DNA of 64,000 bases from Octopus vulgaris (GCA_951406725.2 OX597815.1:88536001-88600000), one strand, 5' to 3'. Counted from the first letter of the stretch, positions 1-11,790 are shown. Program-made: numbers and translations. Notes: a model not told the origin generated them from the letters alone.

Positions 1-105
1 ACAAACCGAAAACCCTTTTTCTCCGATGGAATAAACAAGCTTGAGAACCGCTGGAAGAGGTGCATCGGAAATTAAGGAGACTATGTAATTGTTTAACCCC
101 TGCAT
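1..105 (+). mobile_element. 3' end of a degenerate mariner transposase gene, cut by the window edge
   Basis: Frame 1 reads FFSDGINKLENRWKRCIGN*GDYV, the typical mariner C-terminus (F..GI.KL..RW.KCI...GDYV), with an in-frame stop. Confidence 0.6.
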
Positions 106-220
106 GCATATATATATATATAACGGGAAGCTTTATGAAAATAAACAAAAGACGAAGGCAGGTGGAAAACAAACGAACAATTGTATTAGTATGGCGCTCA
201 GGAAATATAAATAAAACAAG

Positions 221-258
221 TCTTTAACGTTTCGAGCCTACGCTCTTCAACAGAAAGA
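221..258 (-). ncRNA. Minimal type-I hammerhead-like motif in the Penelope pLTR (variant core CUGUUGA)
   Basis: Minus strand reads UCUUU-CUGUUGA-A-GAGC-GUAG-GCUC-GAAAC-GUU-AAAGA: 5-bp stem I, 4-bp stem II, palindromic ACGU stem III. Confidence 0.62.
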
Positions 259-440
259 TACACAGAGAGAGAAAAACACAGAAAGAAGGAGAGAAAAAAA
301 ATGCGTGCAGTAGCTAACGAATCAACATGGCGATCTGATTTCGGCCAGAGGTCAAAGATCAAACATGAGACGCGAGAGCGAAATAAGGGGAGATAATAGG
401 GTTGATAAATGGGTTGAGGGACCAGCTAAAAGTGCGTGGG

Positions 441-745
441 AGGGGTCTGGATGTGTGTATGTATAGGGTTGGTGTATGTATTAGTATGTATAAGGGTGTG
501 TGTGTGTGTGTGTATGAGAGAGTATTAGTGCGTAAGATTGGTCTGGACGTGCGTATGTATGGGGTTGGTGTATGTATTAGTATGTATTAGTATGTATTAG
601 TACGTATTGGTATGTATAGGTGTGTGTGTGTGTGTGAGAGAGAGTATAAGTGCGTATGCGGGGTCTGGACGTGTGTATGTATAGGGTTGGTGTAAGTATT
701 AGTATGTACTAGTATGTATTAGTACGTATTAGTATGTATTAGTTG
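441..745. repeat. Three diverged ~100-120 bp tandem units in the Penelope 3' UTR
   Basis: GGTCTGGAYGTGYGTATGTATRGGGTTGGTGTA..TATTAGTATGTA recurs at about 444, 540 and 662, with TATTAGTA sub-repeats and (TG)n. Confidence 0.75.
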
Positions 746-754
746 GTGTGTGTA

Positions 755-2281
755 TTAGTATGGCACATCATATGTGATGTGATGTGTAAAGTCATGTGGT
801 GTAGTGAGGAGAAGAGGGGGAGGGGGAGAAGAGGGGGAGGGGAAGAAGAGGGGAGGAGAAGGGGAGGGGAAGAAGAGGGGGAGGAGAAGGGGGAGAGGAG
901 AGGATGGGGGAGAAGGAAGGGGATGAGGGGGATGAAGGAGGAAAGAGGGAGAGGGGGAGAGAGAAGGGGAGAGAGGGAGTGAGGGAGCAGAGGGAAGGGG
1001 AAGAGGGAGGGAGAAAGAGGGAAGAAGGGAAGGGGAGTAGGGGTGAAAGGATGAAGGACTGAAGAAGTAGGGGTCGGGGGAGAAAGGATAGGTGAGGAGG
1101 GGGGAGAGGGGGTTAGATGAGGAGGGGGGAGAGTTGAGACCAAATGGCGTATAAGAGCGAAGAGAGAAGATTAATTCCTGTTCACGGCGCAAACGGGAAT
1201 CCGGATGGCCTCTGTGTAAGGACAAACCGAACACAGATAGGTGTTGCAAGGAGTGACCGGTGGAGCGGAAATGGCGTGAGACCGGTGTGTCGTTCGCAAG
1301 GTGGATGTCACGAAGGTGTTCCGCGAACCGGTCAGCCAAGCGGCGTCCCGTTTGTCCGATGTACAAGGAATTGCAGAGAGAGCAAGAGATGCAATAGATA
1401 ATATTGCTGGAGGTGCAGGTGAAGGAGTGGATGATGGGATAGGGTCGATGGTGGGTGCTAGTGAGGCGGGTGGTGTTGGAGAGGTAAGGGCAAGTGCGGC
1501 AACGTGGGCGGGAGCAGGGGAACGAGCCGGGTTGGGAGGTAGGGTCAGGGAAGGAGCTATGGACCAAAAGGTCTCGAAGGTTGTGGGCTCGTTTGAAAGA
1601 GGGGAGGGGTCGGTTAGGGAAGAGGTGTGAAGTGGACGGGTCGGACTGGAGATGACGGAAAGCTCGAAGAATGGTGCGTTGGAGACGTAGGGTCGTGGGG
1701 TGGTAAGTGAGGGGAAAAGGGAGGCGGGAGACTACAGGGCGGGTTCGGGGAGAGAGAGCAGATACACGGTCCACGGACCGTGCTCTGGCAAGGGCGGTGT
1801 GGATAGTGGTGAGGGGGTATCCACGTAGGGTGAAGTGGTGAGCCATACGTTGAGACTGAGTCTCAAAGTCCTGGTCGTCACTACAGAGCCTACGTAGACG
1901 GAGGAATTGGGAATAGGGGATGGAAAGCTTGGTGTGTTCTGGGTGGGAGGAAGAGAAGTTGAGGTATGAGTGTGAGTCTGTGTGTTTGTAGTGAATGGAG
2001 GTGGTAAGAGTGGAGTGAAGAATGCTAACCGAAATATCGAGGAAGGAGACAGAGGTGTTGGAGATAGTGGAAGTGAAGTGGAGGGCTGGATGGAAAGATT
2101 GGACGAAAGAGAGGAAGGAATCTAGATGTTCGCGGGAGAGTGAGGTGGCACCGATAATGTCGTCAATATAACGACCATATAGTTCAGGAGTGGGACCAGT
2201 GAAATTAGAGAATATTTGGGCCTCAACATAGCCAACGAACAGGTTCGCATAGTTGGGGCCCATTCGCGTTCCCATGGCCAC
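755..2281 (-). CDS. Penelope-like reverse transcriptase (C-terminal part) + GIY-YIG endonuclease, 5'-truncated; meaningful coding ends near 1135 (PFGLN)
   Basis: AMGTRMGPNYANLF, RYIDDI, SFLDISV, YKHTDSHSYLNFSSSHP, IPYSQFLRLRRLCS, Cys linker CSRPRCRTC..HSFTC, NIIYCISCSLCNSLYIGQTGRRLADRFAEH..VSRHF..H; no stops or frameshifts; the last ~125 aa are low-complexity read-through. Confidence 0.88.
   Translation of the reverse strand: MAMGTRMGPNYANLFVGYVEAQIFSNFTGPTPELYGRYIDDIIGATSLSREHLDSFLSFVQSFHPALHFTSTISNTSVSFLDISVSILHSTLTTSIHYKHTDSHSYLNFSSSHPEHTKLSIPYSQFLRLRRLCSDDQDFETQSQRMAHHFTLRGYPLTTIHTALARARSVDRVSALSPRTRPVVSRLPFPLTYHPTTLRLQRTILRAFRHLQSDPSTSHLFPNRPLPSFKRAHNLRDLLVHSSFPDPTSQPGSFPCSRPRCRTCPYLSNTTRLTSTHHRPYPIIHSFTCTSSNIIYCISCSLCNSLYIGQTGRRLADRFAEHLRDIHLANDTPVSRHFRSTGHSLQHLSVFGLSLHRGHPDSRLRREQELIFSLRSYTPFGLNSPPSSSNPLSPLLTYPFSPDPYFFSPSSFHPYSPSLLPSFSLPLPLPSAPSLPLSPSLSPSPSFLLHPPHPLPSPPSSPLPLLLPLFFPSPSPPLFFPSPSSPPPPLLLTTPHDFTHHITYDVPY
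805..1135. repeat. Polypurine/polypyrimidine G-rich low-complexity tract
   Basis: Almost entirely G/A on the + strand with many G-runs. Confidence 0.85.
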
Positions 2282-2539
2282 TCACACACATACATATCTG
2301 TGCGTGTGTGTTGTGTAATATGGATTCATAGAATCGTGTGGATATCAAAGAAAGCTTCTCTAGCGAATTCGACTAATAGTCTACATTAGTAATCTAATGC
2401 AGAGGAGTATAATCCAGAGTTTTATGCATCCGAAACCCAAGAGATCCAATCGATGAAATTATTTTATGAAAATAATAAAAACCATTAAAAGTTACGAGGT
2501 TTGAAAATGAATATATATATTTAACCACTTGCTATCCTG

Positions 2540-2850
2540 AAGATTACGACGGTTTCGCATCCTTTTTCATGTAATAATAATTTCAGTGCATAATAAATTA
2601 TATTTACATGCTTGCACTTATATGCATTATACAATATAATTGTGTACTCACAAATCAATGCAGATAAAGACAGCTAGCTTATCAGATCACCAAAACATCA
2701 TGGTTACACCAGTGATGTTTTGAGTATGTTGTGAATATACAATTGTATTGTATAAAGAGTAACAAGCATACCAGTGCAGACATGTAAAGATAATTTATAA
2801 TACACTGAAATTACAATTACATGAAGACCACGGAACGGCCGTAATCCTTA
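2540..2850. mobile_element. Imperfect ~310-bp foldback element with a degenerate hammerhead-like motif at the outer end of each arm
   Basis: Arms are reverse complements around about 2706 (AAAACATCA..TGATGTTTT; CAGTGCATAATAAATTATATTTACATG vs CATGTAAAGATAATTTATAATACACTG); motifs ATTAC-ATGAARA..GRAAC..GYC-GTAAT at 2543-2575(-) and 2816-2845(+); flanked by TA-rich microsatellites. Confidence 0.6.
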
Positions 2851-2880
2851 TATATTCACATCTCATACTTCCCGACTTTA

Positions 2881-2915
2881 TATACATACATACATACCTA
2901 AATACATACATACAC

Positions 2916-2986
<71 letters not shown>
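2881..2986. repeat. (TACA)n/(CA)n microsatellite
   Basis: Read directly. Confidence 0.95.
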
Positions 2987-2988
<2 letters not shown>

Positions 2989-3429
2989 TAAATATAGGTT
3001 GGAAACAAAGGTCTGGCTGCAAAGAATTGTTTGCAGCTGTATACCACTAACGTCATGTTAATTGAATTTGTAAAAACAAAACATTCTTTATAAACAACGC
3101 CTCACATAGTAGCAGGGGCAGTAAAATTAGTAGAAACAGTAAAGTGTCAGACAAAATGTCACACAAACTAAATGCTATGGAGTTGATTTAATCGACTATA
3201 TCCATTAGTACAAAAATTAGTCTCTTGACTTGTCAAAAGATATCAATATATTGATTGTTACAATTAATATGGGCGTCTGCATTGTTCTATACAGAATGCT
3301 ATCCTCTACCGGCTTGTAGTTGAACAACTAAAACAAAATCGTCTTTATACACTATAGCTTAACACAACTGAACTTTCTTTAGCGTTTAGCAAACATCAGT
3401 TTGTGCTTAGATAGGATACTAGTCCCTAG

Positions 3430-3737
3430 CATGCTAGGGAACCGCTTTGAAGGGTTTGGGTCGAACAAATCGATCGCAGGACTAATATTACTTCTTTCGG
3501 TCATTTTTGCTGAACCGCTAACTTACGGATTTGTTAAAACGTCCAACACCGGTGCTCAAGCGGTGGTGGAGGACAAACACTGACACAAAGACACATGCGA
3601 CAAGCTTCTTTCAGTTTCCGCCTACCAAATCCACTCACGAAGCCTTTATCGGCCCGAATCTTTTGTAGAAGACCATGCTGTGGGGCTGGACCCGGAACCA
3701 TGGGGTTGGGAAGCAAGCTCCTTACCACACAGCCACA
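3430..3737 (-). mobile_element. tRNA-derived SINE, family A, diverged
   Basis: Reverse complement of the element at 10243 and 62713 (GTGGCTGTGTGGTAAG..GGTTCCGGGT..GGATTTGGTAG.CGGAAACTGAAAGAAGC). Confidence 0.8.
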
Positions 3738-5353
3738 GTCTTAGTGTATGTAAAAGATCACTACTACAAATTTCATATTTAATTAAAGACTAACTTAATA
3801 GTATTTCAGGCAAAAAATAATATCGTTTCCTCAAAGAAATTCAGGACATATGAATGAAAGCAACTTCTTGTATTTGAATCCTGAACCAAAGATATTGCAA
3901 GGGAAATAACTCAGTGCAAATAAACAGTTTGGTTGTTTTATCGTGTCTAAGTTTTTTGTGTCTGATATTTAAAAAAAAAATTATATCATTGTTAATCTCT
4001 TTGTTTACAGTTATTTCTTCTTTCTCAACTGCGATTCCCAACTATCAAAAAGAAATAACTCACGTCTACAAGTGTTTACAAGTTGTATGTTTCCCATTTT
4101 GACCCAGTATATATTATACTAAAATCTCTTTAAGTACGTTTACTTGTTCTGTCTCATGGATATTTAGTTTTTAACCAAATATAAAATTTGAAGTAATCAT
4201 GTTGTATCCGAAAGGGATTATAATACCATATATATATATTTCACTCTACATATGCATTGAGTACTGTATTTTGTTCCTGTAAACAGCAACTTTTACAAAG
4301 TAAATTCATTCATACACAAACATAATATATTGAATATAAAACAATATATACATATCAATGTTATATGCAACGATATAAATATAATAGTTATATGAATGGA
4401 TGGATAAGTTATGAGAAAACATAGAAGGAAAATAGAAAGGAAGAGAGTGAACATATTTTCCTATTGAAAAAAATCTCCAAGTGATTATGTTTGTGCAGAT
4501 CAGACCGTACTGAGTGACTTTCGATCGATTCTGAGACAACCAAACCAATATCATGTAGACGGACACAATTCAAATAGAACACTCTTTAGGTAAATAGAAA
4601 CCGTAATGCTGTTATCTTGTTCTGTCTTCATTTTTCTTGTTGTTGTTTTTCCTGCGTTTCTTTCCTATATTTCTTTTATATTAATCAAAAGTAACAACGT
4701 TGATAAAAATGGAAAGAAAGGACAAAAAACATGAAGTAAAAAAAAAACAACAACAGCAAAAAACCGAAATAACAGAAAAGTCTAAAAGATAGTTATATAG
4801 AGTTTCAAAATATCTTGAAAAATTCAAAATATCTTATAACTTATGATATTGTTTCTTACGCCAGTTGAAGAGAATAAAAATAGAAAGTTATGACGTACGT
4901 TCTTAACCATATGCGATAGCATCCACGATGGATGAAATTCTTTAAAGTTTCTATTCTTTTACTGGTTTAACTCATTGGATTGCAGTCAGGCTGGGTTATC
5001 ACATTCTAATGTTTCACTCGAACATCGACTACAGAACTTATTACATTGACTATAGACCTTACTTCAATCTGGTTTCTTTTTATCCACCTGTATCGAATGG
5101 CTAAGTTACTATTAGACATAAAGTGACACACATCGATACACCATTTTACAGTGGTACAGAAAATCGAACACCTATAGAGTTTGCTTATGTCAGTCCAGTG
5201 ACTTTTCATTCCGGAGTTTCCTTTACGGGCTGTTGGTTCCCCATATAAGAAAACACTATCCCTTACTTAGGAGCAGACAACATAAGCAGCCAACTCTAGA
5301 TTAACAGACCGGTGGCTCAACTAAATCAATAAACTCTTTAGTGGTGTTGAACA

Positions 5354-5569
<216 letters not shown>

Positions 5570-6813
5570 GGACTTCTGAACAGTGTGTGCTTCTACAAAA
5601 ATCCACTTACAAGGCATTCGTCAGTCCGAGACTAAGATCAAAGAAACTTTCCGAAAGGTGCTGTGTTATTTGTTGAACGCAGAACTCCGTTCATATTAAG
5701 GTCTTCAATCTGACAACTTAAAAAACAGAAAAAACAGAAAAGCGGTTGGGAAGCGAGTTTCACAGGGTTTATATGCTGGGCCATCGTCAGTACTGGACAT
5801 AGTAATGAAAACGAGGTCAGTAGAAGGAGAATTTAGCGTAGGGATGATAAGGAAAGAAAAAAAAATATGGACTAAGATGTGTGTGTGTGTGTGTGTAAGT
5901 GTGTGTGCGTGCATGCGCTGTCCATTCACTGTTGGAACAGTGTAGATTTTACTTGTGCCTTGTAGAGGGTCAGTAGCGGATCAGTACCGAAGAATTTTCT
6001 AGCCCTGAAAACGCAGATTTTCAGCAGGTAACTTTATCCAGATAACGTAATTGTAATAATTTATGATAGGTGAGTAGTGTTAGAGAATAGGAATAAATGC
6101 ATTGTGATACTTGATTTCATTAAATCAATATTCCCGATCGCTATGAAATACGGAGTCAGCTTCATTATTTCGCTTTCAATATGTTAAAGACAAAGTATTG
6201 TATTCGCTTAAAGCAGACGCATAAGATGCTGTATTAAGTTTATAAATATTTGAATGAAATACTTGCAAAATACTGACTAATGTATGACTTTGAAATATTT
6301 ACTTCTACTTATGATTTTAAATCAGGCAAGCATCCAGCATATCGAAATAACACCACAGTTTTTCACTCCCTACAATCATTCTTGAGAACGACATGAATCT
6401 CTCTACCCCAGCCCTCTCTCTCTCTTCCACTAAACTATCGTTACTAGCTTATAAAAATACATGTGTGATAATCGGTTACACACACACACACACACCGCAT
6501 CCGTAGATTAGAGGGCTAGAAGAGCTTGTAATTTGAATTTTAGAACGCCATAAATTGCACTTGAACTTTATACTTTTCCATTCGTCATACTCCATGATCA
6601 TTATACTTATATATATATACAGTATTCGTGTTGATCAAAAATCCAGAGCAGATGTCATATTTTAGCGACTTTCGTAATCTATAAAGAAGTCAAAGATTTC
6701 TTAACTACATTGATGATTTTGGAAGAGGCACAAAACATTGAATGTCTATCAAAGGTAATGGAAGACTGAGATTTCCGGTATAGCATCTTGCTTGCAGCTA
6801 CTTGAAGAATATA

Positions 6814-7704
6814 TGAGGAGGTACCCAAAAGAAACCAGAATTTTGCAATATTATTTTATTCACTTAGTTTTACATGTTTACACTTTTATCGCCTTCAAAT
6901 TATTCTCCATTTGAAGCAATGCATCGGTCTAGACGGGTTTTCCACTGTTCGAAGCAGTCCTGGAACTCTTGCGAAGTGATACCTTTTAACGCTTCCATCG
7001 TTTTTTTTTCTTCATTTCTTCCACATCTGCAAATTCCAAAGCACCAGCTTTTGTCACCAGTGTTGACCTTCAAAAAAAGGTCCGGAAGAGCTTCCAACAG
7101 TTCTTTCAGTTCACAATATGCATTCAGTCGCGACTGCTTTCGGTCTTCTGTGAGCAAACGAGGCACAAATTTTGCTGCAATTCATTTCATTCACAATTCC
7201 TCACTCAAAATCGTTGGCGGGAGCTCCAGGACACGCCAGTCATATCAACAAGTTTGTCAATTGTTCAATGACGGTCCTCCATGGTCAGTTCATGAATTTT
7301 TATGATGTTTTCATTTGTTCGGGACGTCGACGGTGGCTCTGATCGAGGTTGATCCTCAAGCGATAAGGGACCATTCCTAAAGCGTGAAAACCATTTGTAA
7401 ACTTCTGTTTTGCTCATGGTAGCGGTCTTGTAAGCTGTTTGAAGCATGACAACGGTTTTGGCCGGGGTTTTCCTTAGCAGAAAACAGAATTTCACAGAAG
7501 CCTGTTGTTCCTTCGTTTCAGCCATCGCAAAAATCGACGAACAGAGTAGAAGCACTACAAAACAGATGCACCACGTGGCAGTACGATTTTAGCCGTCGAC
7601 GTCGGTCAGCAGACTGATGCCTGAGGGTCGCATCAAGTAGCTTCTAGCGGCAGAAGCCTGAACTACACCGAGAACGTTTCCGGTTACTTTTGTGTACCCG
7701 CTCG
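6814..7704 (-). mobile_element. Internally deleted mariner element with TIRs and TA target duplication
   Basis: TIRs TA|TGAGGAGGTACCCAAAAGAAACCAGAA and TTCCGGTTACTTTTGTGTACCCGCTCG|TA; pseudo-transposase MAETKEQQASVKFCFLL..VYKWFSRFRNG..LEDQPRS, VPRLLTEDRK..TGDKSWCFG fused to FQDCFEQWKTRLDRCIASNGE; most of the catalytic core is deleted. Confidence 0.92.
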
Positions 7705-8769
7705 TATATATATATATATATATAATTAATATTCAGTTGAATTAGGTACTTAATTGGAAGTTGCTTGAAACGGCCGTAATGAATTGACACCTGTACATCT
7801 TTGTTACTCATTTATATATATAATGCAAACTTAGGTGTAACACTTTAGATGAGGATGGGGAGGCATTTTGGGGAAAATGATACTACGGTTTGTTCTTTTA
7901 CATGCAAATTTGCATTCAAGAAATGTTCTATCTCTACTCTTCATGTTTTCGAGGCGAATGACATAAGCACAAAAAAAAGGAGAAAAGACAACAGCATCGT
8001 CTGATTATTATTCCAACCTTACCCTTAACCTCGTTTTCAGGTGAAAGAAAGAAAATTATTGTAACACAATAATTATCTGTCAAATCAATTCCATGACCAA
8101 AGTTTGAATTCCTAATGTGGACATTGTGAATCCAATCTAATTTAAACTAAGTCGATGCGTTTTGATCGAATCCAATCATTATTGTATATAAATGCAGAGT
8201 TATAAATGGATGATCGATAGGGTGCCGGACAACTTTGTGAACTGTCGATCTATAGATCAGTGTTGTACTGTGTAAGTGGTTAACAAGCTTAACTGTCACA
8301 ATCACAGACCATCTGTGTAAATAGGTATCAGATATCAAAATAGTTTACAACAGTAAACATCATCATTAATATAAAATTGACGAGTGTTTCCTTCGCATGC
8401 AGTGCTGAGTTCGATTCCTCCTCTGGGAAAATGCAGACGAGGTGTTTAGTCGTACTGGTATTATTACTAATATGTTTAAATGACAAATCAAAGGACGCCT
8501 ATTGGCGGTCGCTCGACTTGCTACACTACATTGCTTTATTTTCAAAAAATAGGATATCTACAACATATTTAATGTGTTATTGCTTTATGTAAGTTAGTAA
8601 GGTGCAACTGAAGAACATTTAGCTGCATAGTGGCATTTCTTTTGTTCTCAGTCCTAAGTTCAAACTCCGTCAGAGTCAGCTTGCTTAACATCCTTTTGAA
8701 GCCGATAAAAAGAAAGTATCGGTCAAATAATATGGAGTTCCCCATCCCTGAAATGTCTATATTATTATT

Positions 8770-9135
8770 GTGGAGGTGCAATGACCCAACGGTTAGGGCA
8801 GGACTCGCGGTCATTGGATCGCGGTTTCGATTTCCAGATCGGGCGTTGTAAATGTTTATTGAACGAAAACATCTAAATCTCCACCAGGCTCCGGCAGGAA
8901 GCGGTGGAGAACCCTGCTGTATTCTTTCACCACAACTTTCTCTCACTCTTTCTGTTGTACCTGTATTTCAAAGGGCCAGCCTTGTCATACTGTTACACTG
9001 AATCTCCCTGAGAACAATGTTAAGGGAACACATGTCTGTGGAGTGCTCAGCCACTTGCACGTTAATTTCATGAGGAGACTGTTCCATTGATCGGATCAAC
9101 TGGAACTCTCGTCGTCGTAACCGACGGAGTGCCAC
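8770..9135 (+). mobile_element. tRNA-derived SINE, family C (copy at about 28826-29191)
   Basis: A-box/B-box-like head (ATGACCCAACGGTTAGGG..GGTTTCGATTTCC); 3' part CACTTGCACGTTAATTTCA..GATCGGATCAACTGGAAC..CGTAACCGACGGAGTG shared with 18830 and 20935. Confidence 0.8.
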
Positions 9136-9166
9136 GATATTATTATTATTGTCATTATTGTTATTG

Positions 9167-9716
9167 AGCGAGAGAGCAGTGCATGCCATCAAAGTGACAC
9201 TAGGGTACAAATATACGAAGCCTAGTATGGCCATCATGACTACTTGTATGGTAAGGGTACACAAGGGACATGCTTTACAGCTGTATATGCGCGACATGGT
9301 GATCTTATATAAAGATAATCAGCACATGGCCTTGCAGATGGGGTCCAGTTAGAATTTTCTTCAGGCTGAGTAGCCCATCCTGCTGAAAGGGTTCCTGAAT
9401 AAGGTTTGTTTAAGGATGATGAACAAAACACCCATGTTTCAAAGGAGAATTACTCAAACGCCAAAGAATTCCTCTCAACACATGGCTATGATGCTCCTCC
9501 ACTACTCCTGCTCGTTATCACAGATGCACTTATCGTCAGCCGCTAAGGGACATGCTCAGCTGGTTAAGATCAAACAACTGACAAGCAAATCTGTGGTATT
9601 GAGCAGAATATTTGCTGTATCCCATCTTTTATACCAAGACAAAACTGCTCATAATAACACTTCCAATCAGTTAAGAGGAGAAGCCATGAGAGCCACTGCC
9701 TAGTACTGCATCAGGG

Positions 9717-9718
<2 letters not shown>
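9167..9718. mobile_element. Unclassified ~550-bp interspersed element embedded in (ATT)n (copy at about 29223-29774)
   Basis: GC-balanced block with sharp edges against ATT repeats on both sides; no recognisable ORF. Confidence 0.5.
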
Positions 9719-9767
<49 letters not shown>

Positions 9768-9771
9768 TAAT

Positions 9772-9953
9772 AAGGCAGCGAGCTGGCAGAATCGTTAGCG
9801 TGCTGGACGAAATGGTTAGCGCGATTTCGCTGAAATCGACTTTACCTTTCATCCTTTCGCGGTCGATAAATTAAGTACCAGTTGAGTACTGGGGTCAATG
9901 TAATCGACTATCCTCCTCCCCCAAATTTCATGCCTTGTGCCTATAATAGAAAT
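9772..9953 (+). mobile_element. tRNA-derived SINE, family B (Meta-domain-like core), between (ATT)n tracts
   Basis: AAGGCAGCGAGCTGGCAGAATCGTTAGC..CCTTTCATCCTTTCGCGGTCGATAAATTAAGTACCAG; homologous to 15760 and 24076. Confidence 0.82.
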
Positions 9954-9954
9954 G

Positions 9955-10020
<66 letters not shown>

Positions 10021-10242
10021 AAGTGAAGGCGGAGTTATTGTTACTTTCAGTATTATGTCTCCCACCAGTTAATATCCATAAACTTGCTTTAAAATAATAA
10101 CCTTAAATTAACATACACACACGCACGCACACACATACACGCACACACACGCACACACACACACACGCACGCACACACACACACACGCACGCACATATAT
10201 ATACACATACATATATACATACATATATATATATATATATAT

Positions 10243-10401
10243 CGTAGGAGTGGCTGTGTGGTAAGTAGTTTGCTTACGAACCACATTGTTCCGGGTTCGT
10301 CCCACTGCATGGCACCTTGGGCAAGTGTCTTCTACTATAGCCTCAGGCCGACCATAGCCTTGCGAGTGGATTTGGTAGACGGAAACTGAAAGAAGCCCGT
10401 C

Positions 10402-10471
<70 letters not shown>

Positions 10472-10625
10472 GTATGTGTATGTATATGTTTGTGTGTCTG
10501 TATTTGTCCCCCCAACATCGCTTGACAACCGATGCTGGTGTATTTACGTCCCTGTAACTTAGCGGTTTGGCAAAAGAGACCGATAGAAATAACTGAAACA
10601 ACTAAAAGAGTAAAGAGTAAAGAGT
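10243..10625 (+). mobile_element. tRNA-derived SINE, family A, with internal (TA)n (copy at 31194-31576)
   Basis: Pol III box-like head TGGCTGTGTGGTAAG..GGTTCGTCCC, internal microsatellite, AGAGTAAA tail. Confidence 0.85.
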
Positions 10626-10629
10626 ATAC

Positions 10630-11216
10630 AACTGATCTTCGCAAGCAGAGTTTAGTGTCCAATGAAGAAAAGGCACGCATAAGTGGACTGGTTACATAGC
10701 ATAGGCCACAAGGTTATGGTCACACTTGCGCTTGCCGAGTCTTCTGCAACACAGCATATTTCCAGAGGTCTCGGCCACTAGTCATTGCCTCGGTGAGGCC
10801 CAATGTTTGATGGTCATGCTTCACCACCTTATCCCAGGTCTTCCTGGGTCTACTTCTTCCACAGGTTCCCTGAACTGCTAGAGTGTGGCACTTTTTCACA
10901 CATTTATCCACATCCATTCTAGCCTCATGAACATACCAGCGCAGTCGTCTCTCTTGCACATCACATCTGATGCTTCTTAGGTCCAACCTTTCTCTCAGGG
11001 CACTAACACTCTGTCGAGTATGCACACTGACATTACACATCCATCGGAACATGCTGACTTCATTCCTTGCGAGCTTACGCATATCCTCAGCAGTCACGGC
11101 CCATGTTTCACTGCCATGTAGCATTGCTGTTCGTATACATGCGTCGTACAGTCTACCTTTTACTCTGAGCGAGAGGCCTTTTGTCACCAGCAGAGGTAAG
11201 AGCTCTCTGAACTTAG

Positions 11217-11220
<4 letters not shown>
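10630..11220 (-). mobile_element. 3' fragment of an RTE-clade LINE (copy at about 31581-32175)
   Basis: KGRLYDACIRTAMLHGSETW..MFRWMC..RRLRWYVHEARM..GRSRPRKTW..RDLW, the typical RTE C-terminus, followed by 3' UTR. Confidence 0.88.
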
Positions 11221-11306
<86 letters not shown>

Positions 11307-11681
11307 ATGTATATGTTTGTGTGTCTGTATTTGTCCCCCCAACATCGCTTGACATTATATTATGTCTATTTATTTTTAGCTACTCGATAAACAAAAGTAA
11401 AGGAAAATAATAAAGTATCTTGATTAATACCCGGAAATTTATTACTTTTAGTACCAACTAATATCACGGGTATTCATATAAATTCTAACCCATTTAATGT
11501 GGACCTTTGTCAATCGCATGTTTATATGAAGATATATATATGTTTGTGTATAATTATTATAATTACATAAAAAGAAAATACAAACTACTGCTTTAATCCT
11601 CCCTTCTCAATACATGTAATATGTATGTACCTATAGGTATGTTTGTACGTAAATATATATGTGTATATATATATATATATA

Positions 11682-11790
11682 CGCTCGAAACGTCAAACCC
11701 TCCTTCTTCCCTTCTTTCCTGAGCGTCCAATAATACTTTATTTGTTCCACATCCTTGCGTTGTTGTCTTTTTGTTTTCTTGTTTGGATTA

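Larger units (their letters stand above)
122..2283 (-). mobile_element. 5'-truncated Penelope-like retroelement (Neptune-type) with 3' UTR/pLTR ending in a (TA)n tract
   Basis: RT-thumb-GIY-YIG ORF, then a pyrimidine-rich tract, tandem repeats and a pLTR with a hammerhead-like motif; 3' end abuts (TA)n at about 108-122; 5' end truncated at the RT AMG motif. Confidence 0.92.

Noticed and set aside
739-1143. Pro/Ser/Leu-rich and Gly/Arg/Glu-rich ORFs
   Set aside because: By-products of the polypurine tract in the Penelope 3' region
2390-2450. Hammerhead-like ATGCAGA-GGA..TCC-GAAAC
   Set aside because: Two core mismatches, no NUH and a weak stem I; too degenerate to call
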